Source: Candidatus Caldarchaeum sp. (GTDB lineage: Archaea > Thermoproteota > Nitrososphaeria_A > Caldarchaeales > Caldarchaeaceae). From it: a stretch of 64,000 nt of DNA. The DNA lies in the NCBI GenBank assembly GCA_038885755.1, contig JAVZZH010000001.1, forward strand, positions 387,155 to 451,154, given 5' to 3'. The translations under genes and the position numbers were made by a program. Below, piece by piece: positions 25,513 to 33,208 of this stretch. The notes under the pieces were generated by a model, which saw only the letters and a program-made list of their open reading frames with translations, was not told the DNA's origin and made no database searches. Positions within the stretch are counted from its first letter, which is position 1. Every line of letters starts with the position of its first letter.

Positions 25513-25758
25513 ACCTGCCGTTTAAACGATCACCTCTACAACCTCTCCTGCATAAAGCCGTTTAATCCCATAATTTACCCTACCTAGCTAGCCCCATGCA
25601 CCACCAACCTCCGCCAGTTTCAAAATATGGACATGACCAGCAACCTGTAGATGCGTGTTATCCCGCAGAGTCGGGTGACAGCCTCGATTTCACTGGCACC
25701 TCCAGTAGAAATCGAACTTACTCCCTAACGACGATCGGTTAGGTATATGCTTGGCTGT

Positions 25759-26337
25759 CTATGGCTCCACCATGATTACCCCTATCATCCCCCTGTCGGC
25801 ATGAATGTCGGGATATGTTGCTGCGAATCTCGGACATATGTAGTAATAAAGCCCCGGACGGTTTATGACTAGGAGGAAATACGCACTCTCTTGAGGCTTG
25901 ACCACCAGGTGGTGCATGAGCTTTCCATCTATGAGGAGCGAAGCAGCCGCGTATCTGTGATGGACCATCTCCAGCCTAGGATCTCTTTCCAGTTCTTCAA
26001 TGCTGATGCTTGGGGAGTAGAGCTCTGAGGCCACCCTCTTCAACTCTCTGGTGAATCCGTCCTTGTCGGTGACTACCATGAACTCGTGGGCCACTCCACC
26101 TCTATTCTCCAAGAATATCCTAACATTCTCTCCGGCTTTGATTTTCAGGACAGGCCCACCACTGAAGTTATTATACCCAAACTCCCGCGCAGTCAAAATT
26201 ATCTCCTGTGGCCGAGAGGATGATAAGATGTAAAACGAGATCATGCCGACGGCTATGATGACCATGGACAAGCCTACTAGAAGCGGAGTCCGGTACCTCA
26301 TGAGTGATGGATATTGTAGCCGATTAAATTTAAGCAT
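25759..26337 (-). CDS. Membrane-anchored cupredoxin-like (type-1 copper) protein
   Basis: It has an N-terminal TM helix (LLVGLSMVIIAVGMISFYIL). Candidate Cu ligands are VAHEF and YYYICPRFAATYPDIHADRGMIG (His, Cys, His, Met spacing), in a beta-rich fold. Confidence 0.7.
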   Translation of the reverse strand: MLKFNRLQYPSLMRYRTPLLVGLSMVIIAVGMISFYILSSSRPQEIILTAREFGYNNFSGGPVLKIKAGENVRIFLENRGGVAHEFMVVTDKDGFTRELKRVASELYSPSISIEELERDPRLEMVHHRYAAASLLIDGKLMHHLVVKPQESAYFLLVINRPGLYYYICPRFAATYPDIHADRGMIGVIMVEP

Positions 26338-26437
26338 GAAGAGAGTTGATTTACATCACTTTTTTTCCGGACGCAGGTTTGAATCGGCTTGACTGATACA
26401 CAAATGTTATAAATTTGACCCGTCATGATCAAAACGT

Positions 26438-27892
26438 ATGACAAGCCCACTTTTGCGCAAAGCTCTGCTGCTTACATTCCTCCTAATCTGTCTCATCCCT
26501 GCAGTCGCAGCTCATGTTTCAGGACGTGGGTTCATCCTTCTCCTTCCCACCAACCTCTTCATTGCTGGCGGCGCTCTAGTGGTAGCGGCTTCTTTCGCAT
26601 TGATGGCGCTCATACCCTTGAAACGAGTTGTGTCGGTGGCGGATTGGAAGAAGGTTTTGGTGATTAGATCCGGCCATATAGGCCTGTGGGTAAGTGTCGC
26701 CTCCCTCCTCGTTTCTGTTTTCTTAATACTTGCAGGGTGGTATGGGTCAAGAGACCCTCTCCGAAACCCTACACCGATGTTCATCTGGTCAGTCTGGTGG
26801 CCTGGGATGACAATAGTCACTGCCCTACTGGGCAATGTGTGGGCCATAGCTAACCCATGGTCCGGCGTTTACAACATGCTTGCGAGTAGGGGTAAAGTCT
26901 ATCCTATCTTGAAGTATCCGGAGAGGCTGGGATATTTTCCGGCAATTGCTATCTTCTCTGGATTTGCATGGGTTGAGCTGGTTCATCCATCGCCCGCCGA
27001 TCCAACGTTCCTATCAAATCTCATCGCAGGCTACCTGATCTACAACTTCGTGGGAATCGTGCTGTTTGGGGAACACCAATGGCTCAAGCATTGTGAAGCT
27101 TTTTCAGTCTTCTTCAGGATGGTGTCTTGGATATCTTCAGTATCCATAGCTGGTACGGACAGGCTCACGGGTGTGGCAGACGGGGAGACTGCAGGTCAAC
27201 GGTCAAGCGGGATAGTAATCAGTCTTCCCACAGCCCATCTGGTTCGCGGGCAGGTACTGAGGCTAGACCACACACTATTCATCATCCTATCCCTATCGAC
27301 AGTATCGTTTGACGGTTTCTCAAGAACTTTCGCTTGGCTTTCTCTAATTGGGGTTAATCCTTTGGAATATCCGGGGAGGACAGCGTTGATGCTGGTTAAC
27401 ACTTTGGGGTTGCTGGCCACCTTCGGCGCCATCACAGCCGCCTACGTGCTGGCCAGCTGGCTGTCAAGAATACTGGTGTTTCAGGATAAGAAAACATGGA
27501 TGGTTATGGGCATGTTTATTCCTTCAATAGTTCCAATAGCGCTTGGATATCATATTGCCCACTACTTCCCGTATGTGGTTGCAGACATTCGAACCGTTTA
27601 TGCCGCCCTCTCAGACCCCTTCGGACGGGGATGGAATCTCTTTAATGTCTCTGACGTGCCCTCTGTCCCATCTTTCCTCAAAGACCCCTACCAGCTATAC
27701 TATGTCTACTATATCCAGGTAGGCCTGATAGTATTGGTTCACATATTGGCGGTATACATCGCACATGTCATAGCGCTGCGGGAGGTGAAGACCATACGCC
27801 ATGCCATGCTGAGCCAGGCACCGCTGACGTTGTTGATGGTGGGCTACACAATGTTTGGTCTGTGGCTGTTGTCATCGCCTTCTGTGGATTAG
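26438..27892 (+). CDS. Polytopic membrane protein of unknown function (484 aa)
   Basis: It has a signal-like N-terminus ending AVAAHVSG and at least 10 hydrophobic helices. The conserved-looking GYHIAHYFPY...SDPFGRGWNLF...VHILAVYIAHVIAL segments resemble an uncharacterised membrane family. Confidence 0.8.
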   Translation: MTSPLLRKALLLTFLLICLIPAVAAHVSGRGFILLLPTNLFIAGGALVVAASFALMALIPLKRVVSVADWKKVLVIRSGHIGLWVSVASLLVSVFLILAGWYGSRDPLRNPTPMFIWSVWWPGMTIVTALLGNVWAIANPWSGVYNMLASRGKVYPILKYPERLGYFPAIAIFSGFAWVELVHPSPADPTFLSNLIAGYLIYNFVGIVLFGEHQWLKHCEAFSVFFRMVSWISSVSIAGTDRLTGVADGETAGQRSSGIVISLPTAHLVRGQVLRLDHTLFIILSLSTVSFDGFSRTFAWLSLIGVNPLEYPGRTALMLVNTLGLLATFGAITAAYVLASWLSRILVFQDKKTWMVMGMFIPSIVPIALGYHIAHYFPYVVADIRTVYAALSDPFGRGWNLFNVSDVPSVPSFLKDPYQLYYVYYIQVGLIVLVHILAVYIAHVIALREVKTIRHAMLSQAPLTLLMVGYTMFGLWLLSSPSVD

Positions 27893-27941
27893 CTTTCCCG
27901 ACGATGGTGATTACCCAACTATCTGATGGCTGGTTGCTCTA

Positions 27942-27963
27942 AACACCAGCATGTATTGGTGTT
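27942..27963. promoter_or_regulatory. Perfect 7-bp inverted repeat AACACCA-N8-TGGTGTT upstream of the Liv-type operon (operator candidate)
   Basis: The repeat was read directly from the sequence. It lies about 60-80 nt upstream of the binding-protein start codon. Confidence 0.3.
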
Positions 27964-27974
27964 ATTCATCATTT

Positions 27975-27996
27975 CTAAAAATTTACTAAAAATTTA
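27975..27996 (+). promoter_or_regulatory. Tandem duplicated 11-nt TATA-like unit CTAAAAATTTA x2
   Basis: This is an exact tandem repeat. The second copy is centred about 30 nt upstream of the ATG at 28022, which is compatible with a leaderless or short-leader archaeal promoter. Confidence 0.4.
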
Positions 27997-28021
27997 TAAG
28001 GGACAAGTATCCCCATGAAAC

Positions 28022-29464
28022 ATGTCCATTAGGAATATTACTAGGAGAAACGCTATAAAGGCTATCTCAACTTCGGCAGCAGCTGGTATCGCTGTAGGTG
28101 TTGGTGTTATAGGTGGAGTGGGTGGATATCTCCTAGGCTCCTCTAGTGCGAGGCCTGGTGCCACCGTTACACAGACAGTAGGCGGAGCCACAGAAACACG
28201 GACTCTGCCAGGTGCGACCGTAACCCAGACCGTCACAGCCCCCGCTTCCACAGCGACCGTCACCAAGACCGTGGGCGGCCCGTCTAAAGAACCGTTAAAG
28301 ATAGGCTTCGAAGCCCATAGAACCGGTATTGGAGCAGTATACGGTGCGTGGTATGAGAGGACAACCAAGGCTGCTGTTGCCCTCATAAATGAGATGGGTG
28401 GGATAGACGGAAGGCCCATCGAGCTGGTTATCGAGGACGATGGAACAGACCCGCAGAGGGGCGTCCAAGCAGTAGAGAAGCTGGTGCTTGAACACAAGGT
28501 GGACTTTATCATAGGAGCACTCTTCTCCAACGTTGTGCTGGCAGCCGCACCACGTGCAGGTGAGCTGAAGAAGCCCTACTTCGCCGTCAGCGAGGGCTAC
28601 CACGTCCCATCGGGAGGACTCAACAGATACAGCTTCCAACCAGGCATCACGGATGTGAGGTCGCAGGTTACATCAATCGCCGGATGGGTGGTTAACAACC
28701 TAGGTAGGAAAATAACGATGATCTATCCAGACTATGCCTTCGGATATGACCATAGGGACTGGTTTGGTAGAGCTGCCACAGAAATGGGTGGAACCATCAT
28801 AGAGAGGATACCCATACCTCCCACCGAGACGTCCTTCACGAAATATTTCCCAAAGGTCCCCTCTGACACGGAGGTCATCTACCACGTGATGGTGGGTCCA
28901 GGGGTTCTAACATTCGTGAAAGAGATGGGAGAGTTCTTCGGTTCCAGAAGGCCGGAAATCTTCGGCTTCGTAGATTCCCTCGAGGGGGTGCCCCTCAACA
29001 GCCCGGGTCTAGAGTTTCTCGAAGGGACATATTTCTGGGAGGCTTTTCCAAGATATCTTGACGGATACGATACGATTTACCACCGCTTCTTCAGGAGCAG
29101 GGTTGGAGTCGATGCGAACGGTGCAGACGTCAACGATCCGAAGAACGTCTCAACGTATTCGCACATGTTCAGCTGCTGGGAGACACTTTTCATTATCAAG
29201 CAGGCGGTTGAGCAGAGCGGTTACAGCCGCCAGACGCCTGAGGACTATAGAGCTTTCATAACCACTCTGGAGAATTTTGAATGGTTTAACGAGGGCAACC
29301 AGCATCCCCAAGGTCCAAAGATGTTTAACGGCAATCTGCACCAGAGCTTTGGGCAGCAATTCATATCGAGGGTCGAAAACTCGAGGTTCAAGGTTGTGCA
29401 TAAAACAAGGATTGAAGACTCGCTCTACGAATCTGATGTCGACTACACGAAGCAGCCCCTCTAG
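28022..29464 (+). CDS. livK: Branched-chain amino acid ABC transporter substrate-binding protein (LivJ/K family)
   Basis: It has a twin-Arg-like N-terminus (TRRNAIKA) with a TM helix and a Thr-rich linker carrying the repeated GATVTQTV. A type-1 periplasmic-binding fold follows (LKIGFEAHRTGIGAVYG...GGIDGRPIELVIEDDGTDPQ). Confidence 0.9.
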   Translation: MSIRNITRRNAIKAISTSAAAGIAVGVGVIGGVGGYLLGSSSARPGATVTQTVGGATETRTLPGATVTQTVTAPASTATVTKTVGGPSKEPLKIGFEAHRTGIGAVYGAWYERTTKAAVALINEMGGIDGRPIELVIEDDGTDPQRGVQAVEKLVLEHKVDFIIGALFSNVVLAAAPRAGELKKPYFAVSEGYHVPSGGLNRYSFQPGITDVRSQVTSIAGWVVNNLGRKITMIYPDYAFGYDHRDWFGRAATEMGGTIIERIPIPPTETSFTKYFPKVPSDTEVIYHVMVGPGVLTFVKEMGEFFGSRRPEIFGFVDSLEGVPLNSPGLEFLEGTYFWEAFPRYLDGYDTIYHRFFRSRVGVDANGADVNDPKNVSTYSHMFSCWETLFIIKQAVEQSGYSRQTPEDYRAFITTLENFEWFNEGNQHPQGPKMFNGNLHQSFGQQFISRVENSRFKVVHKTRIEDSLYESDVDYTKQPL

Positions 29465-29509
29465 GTCATTTATATTAATATTTTTGTTGCAATTAGGTGC
29501 TTCCGACCG

Positions 29510-30379
29510 ATGGGCATAGAGGTTCCTCTAACTCTCGGTATCCTCGATGGGCTAGTGGTCGGTATGGTGTCAGCCCTTACCGCTCTCGGACTTTCGCTTG
29601 TATTCGGGATAATGAGGATAGTGAATGTGTCGCACGGAGAGTTTTACATGCTAGGCGCCGTCATAGCGTGGTTTGTGGTGACATATTCGGGCGGCTTCCT
29701 ACTCGCATTGGTCCTAGCACCTCTTGCGTCAGCGGCATTAGCCACAGTTGTGGAGCGTGTTATACTCCGGAAGATAAGATATGACCCCGAATCCACTATA
29801 GTGGCCACGATAGGCCTCCTGTACGTCATCCAGCAGGTGGTCCTCGCTACTTTCGGACCATATGCGAGAGAGGTTGAACCACCGTTCTACTTTCGGTTGG
29901 ACTTCGGCTACTTTGGCTATTCAGGTTATAGGTTGGGGGTCGCCTTGATTTCAGCCGCGTTGATTGGGGCCGTATATCTCCTCATATTTAGGACAAAGCT
30001 TGGGCTTTTCATGAGGGCTACACAGCAAGACACCGAGATAGCACAGGCCTTCGGCGTTCCGGTGGGAAGAGTCTACACCGTTGCGTTTGCTCTGGGCGCG
30101 GCTTTAGCTGCTGCCGCCGGCGTTCTCATAGTCCCAATCCAGCAAGCCTACTATCTGATGGGTCTCGACGCTCTGCTCATATCGTTCATAATAGTGATAG
30201 TGGGTGGTTTGGGCAGTATCAGGGGTACTCTTGTGGCGGCGCTTATCGTAGGGTTTTTGGATGGTGTTGTATCGGTCTTCTTCTCACCGACCCTCGCCCG
30301 AATACTAGCATCACTGCTGGTGGCTGGCGTAATATTGGTCAGGCCTAGGGGTTTATTCGCCACGGGGAAGACCATGTGA
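29510..30379 (+). CDS. livH: Branched-chain amino acid ABC permease LivH
   Basis: It shows the typical LivH pattern (LSLVFGIMRIVNVSHGEFYMLGA...GGLGSIRGTLVAALIVG). Confidence 0.9.
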   Translation: MGIEVPLTLGILDGLVVGMVSALTALGLSLVFGIMRIVNVSHGEFYMLGAVIAWFVVTYSGGFLLALVLAPLASAALATVVERVILRKIRYDPESTIVATIGLLYVIQQVVLATFGPYAREVEPPFYFRLDFGYFGYSGYRLGVALISAALIGAVYLLIFRTKLGLFMRATQQDTEIAQAFGVPVGRVYTVAFALGAALAAAAGVLIVPIQQAYYLMGLDALLISFIIVIVGGLGSIRGTLVAALIVGFLDGVVSVFFSPTLARILASLLVAGVILVRPRGLFATGKTM

Positions 30380-31338
30380 TGAGGAAAATAGGGAAGCTCA
30401 TAACCATCCTTCACCTCTCCGTCATAGCCATTTTATTCATACTACAGTTTATTCTGCCACCTTTTCACTATTCCATGTTGACTAGAATTATGGTGCTTGC
30501 CACCTATGCAGCTGGATACAATATACTTCTGGGATATACAGGCCTCATGAGCTTGGGACACGCCATGCTGTTCTCCACGGGACTCTACTCAGTAGGTCTA
30601 ACTGTGCTTTACCTCGGCTTTGAACCGCTTCCAGCATTTATTGTAGCTCTGGTGGGCAGCACCATTATCTCCATGCTGGTCGGGGCTATATCACTGAGAA
30701 CCTCCGGCGTATTCTTCCTAATAGTAACCATGATATTCTCCCAGGTCTTCTACCTCGCAACATTGTATTTTAACACCATAACCTATGGGGACCAAGGATT
30801 CGTTATAAGCCAGCGCCTCAGGCCCATAAACGTCGGCCCTCTCCAGATAGATTTGGCGGACAGGTCTGTCAAGTATAATCTATCGCTACTGGTGTTTGGA
30901 ATAGCCTTTCTGCTCAACTTATACATTAGCAAATCTTCCTTGGGGCTCGTGCTGCGGGCCATAAAGGAAAATCCGAACCGTGCCGAGATGCTCGGATACA
31001 ACATATACATGTATAAGCTGTATGCCTTCACATTATCTGGCGTCATAGCAGGTCTATCAGGAGCTGTTTATGCTCTAGTCTTCTCCTACGTCGGCTCTTC
31101 GATGGCATTCATCCTCAACTCCATCAACCCACTGCTGTGGACGTTGATGGGCGGAAGCGGTACGACAATAGGCCCGCTGGTGGGAACTCTGCTCATGACG
31201 TATATCATAGATTTCACTAGTTCATTGACCGAGAGCTATCTTGTGGTGGTGGGCGTGGCGCTGATCCTGATAATATTGGTCTTTCCGAGAGGGATTATGG
31301 GAACTATTAGGAGAAGGTGGATGGGTTGGATACCGTAG
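30376..31338 (+). CDS. livM: Branched-chain amino acid ABC permease LivM
   Basis: It shows the LivM pattern (GYTGLMSLGHAMLFSTGLY...ENPNRAEMLGYNIYMYKL...GGSGTTIGPLVG). Confidence 0.9.
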   Translation: MMRKIGKLITILHLSVIAILFILQFILPPFHYSMLTRIMVLATYAAGYNILLGYTGLMSLGHAMLFSTGLYSVGLTVLYLGFEPLPAFIVALVGSTIISMLVGAISLRTSGVFFLIVTMIFSQVFYLATLYFNTITYGDQGFVISQRLRPINVGPLQIDLADRSVKYNLSLLVFGIAFLLNLYISKSSLGLVLRAIKENPNRAEMLGYNIYMYKLYAFTLSGVIAGLSGAVYALVFSYVGSSMAFILNSINPLLWTLMGGSGTTIGPLVGTLLMTYIIDFTSSLTESYLVVVGVALILIILVFPRGIMGTIRRRWMGWIP

Positions 31339-32069
31339 GAGAGTATCTGCTGGAGACCCGCAACCTTTCAAAAAGGTTTTCAGGGTTGGAGGCTGTCAAG
31401 TCTGTGAATATGAGGCTGGAGAAGGGGGGTGTGCAGGCGATCATAGGGCCCAACGGTGCTGGTAAAACAACTCTAGTCAGCCTCATCAGTGGCCGCCTCA
31501 GGCCCACATCCGGGAGAATCTACTACAGGGGTAAGGATATAACCAACCTACCCGCCCACAAGAGAGCTTCCATGGGCATAGTCTACACATTCCAGATAGT
31601 CAGCCTCTTCCCCTCCCTCACAGTTTTGGAGAATGTTGTGGTGGCGGCTCAGAGAAGGCTGGGGCGGGGCATTTTTCGAAGGGTTGACAGCGACCTAGCG
31701 TATCGCCAAGCTGAAAAGATACTTGGGATGGTGGGGCTTGAAGACGAGGCTGAGCAGGAGGCGGCCTCACTTCCCTACGGACATCAAAGGCTGCTGGATA
31801 TAGGGATAGCCCTAGCCCTCGAACCCGTCCTACTAATTCTTGATGAGCCTACGCAGGGGTTGTCGGTTGATGAGATCGAGAAGATAACGAATCTCGTGAG
31901 AGTGCTCTCGAAACACACCACCATCCTACTGATAGAGCATAACATAAGGGTGGTGATGGAGCTGGCCCAAAGGATAACGGTTATGGCCGGCGGGTCAGTG
32001 ATTCTGGAGGGGACGCCTTCTGAGGTGGAGAATGATGTTCAAGTCCAGCGCATATACCTCGGCGGTTGA
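31317..32069 (+). CDS. livG: Branched-chain amino acid ABC ATPase LivG
   Basis: Motifs are GPNGAGKTT, LPYGHQRLLDIGIAL and ILDEPTQGL. The start is GTG and overlaps livM. Confidence 0.92.
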   Translation: MDGLDTVGEYLLETRNLSKRFSGLEAVKSVNMRLEKGGVQAIIGPNGAGKTTLVSLISGRLRPTSGRIYYRGKDITNLPAHKRASMGIVYTFQIVSLFPSLTVLENVVVAAQRRLGRGIFRRVDSDLAYRQAEKILGMVGLEDEAEQEAASLPYGHQRLLDIGIALALEPVLLILDEPTQGLSVDEIEKITNLVRVLSKHTTILLIEHNIRVVMELAQRITVMAGGSVILEGTPSEVENDVQVQRIYLGG

Positions 32070-32089
32070 GATGCGTGTCGGGGATCAAA

Positions 32090-32806
32090 ATGGAGGAGAG
32101 CAGATCTCTCAGGGTTAGTGGTCTGAACTGCTATTATGGGAAGGCACACATATTGAAGGACGTATCCTTCACAGCCTCGACATCTGAGGTTCTCTGTATA
32201 TTAGGACGGAACGGCGCCGGAAAGACAACCACACTAAAAGCCATCATGGGGCTAGTGAGGCCGAGATCTGGAAAGGTGGTCCTAGATGGCGTGGACCTGA
32301 CTAGGGTGCCGCCTCACACGATAGTCTCCTACGGGCTGTCATACGTGCCTCAGGGTAGACGTCTTTTCCCCGACCTAACGGTGGAGGAGAACCTCCGCAT
32401 CAGCCCATTTGTTAGGAAAGGCAATTCGGAGATACTGCAGGAGATTTGGGAGATATTTCCAGTGCTTAGGGAGAGGGTGCGTCAGAAGGCGGGGACGCTC
32501 AGCGGTGGGGAGCAGCAGATGCTGGCTATAGCTAGGGCTTTGTCCATGAAGCCCAAGTTTCTGCTGATGGATGAGCCGACCGAGGGCCTGATGCCAATCC
32601 TAGTCTCTAGGGTTCTGGAGAGTATCCAAGCACTAAAGAAGAAGGGGTTGGGAATATTGCTAGTGGAGCAGAGGGTTGACGCAGCCTTCAGGGTTGCTGA
32701 CCGGGTTTTAATCATGGAGAACGGCCGGATTGAACATGAGACTACCCCGCAGCAGCTCAATGCCAACAGTGATATTCTCCTCAGGTATTTGGGTATAAGG
32801 CGCTAG
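32090..32806 (+). CDS. livF: Branched-chain amino acid ABC ATPase LivF
   Basis: Motifs are GRNGAGKTT, LSGGEQQMLAIARAL and LLMDEPTEGL. The ATG at 32090 is preferred over the TTG at 32066. Confidence 0.92.
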   Translation: MEESRSLRVSGLNCYYGKAHILKDVSFTASTSEVLCILGRNGAGKTTTLKAIMGLVRPRSGKVVLDGVDLTRVPPHTIVSYGLSYVPQGRRLFPDLTVEENLRISPFVRKGNSEILQEIWEIFPVLRERVRQKAGTLSGGEQQMLAIARALSMKPKFLLMDEPTEGLMPILVSRVLESIQALKKKGLGILLVEQRVDAAFRVADRVLIMENGRIEHETTPQQLNANSDILLRYLGIRR

Positions 32807-32970
32807 ACGCTTAATTTACTTTCTAACGGTTTATAGATATCCTCCGCAATCTTCTCTAGCTGTCTCTCCTCAAACGTGACTGGGTTTAAAACCAGCCAAT
32901 CGGCTCCATCCAGTGCCAATATCTTCTCCTTTATCGCGTCAGACCTTCCCCACCAAGTTTCTCCAGTAGT
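32803..32970 (-). pseudogene. C-terminal remnant of a luciferase-like (LLM-class flavin/F420) oxidoreductase gene
   Basis: The minus-frame translation ...GETWWGRSDAIKEKILALDGADWLVLNPVTFEERQLEKIAEDIYKPLESKLSV* has the LLM C-terminal pattern. There is no start codon. A further ...MDYWRNLVG piece lies upstream in another frame, and the rest of the gene is absent. Confidence 0.35.
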
Positions 32971-33070
32971 CCATGTTCATGCCTGAATAGAGTCTGAACC
33001 TCCTTTCTATCTCGCTTTCCTTACTTTTAAAAACAGCGAAAACATCATGAAGAGTATAATATATAACTTA

Positions 33071-33180
33071 CGCCGGGGGTGGGATTTGAACCCACGCGGC
33101 CCGTGAAAGGCCACCGGCTGTCTTGACCAGCTGCTGCACGATCTCGAGGCCGGCCCACTACCTGGCTGTGGGACCCCGGC
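33071..33180 (-). tRNA. tRNA-Ser (anticodon CGA) with a roughly 23-nt intron at the canonical 37/38 position
   Basis: The reverse complement gives acceptor GCCGGGG/CCCCGGC, D-arm CCAC..GTGG and anticodon stem CCGGC with loop CTCGAG. The sequence is then interrupted by ATCGTGCAGCAGCTGGTCAAGAC before A-GCCGG. It also has a long variable arm (TGGCCTTTCACGGGCC) and T-arm GTGGGTTCAAATCCCAC. Confidence 0.85.
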
Positions 33181-33208
33181 TCCGGATGCTGTTTTGGAAT
33201 TCGTTGTA

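Noticed and set aside
27994-28530. 178-aa minus-strand ORF
   Set aside because: It lies antisense to the Liv-type binding-protein gene. Its Thr/Val/Pro repeats simply mirror the Thr-rich linker on the coding strand.
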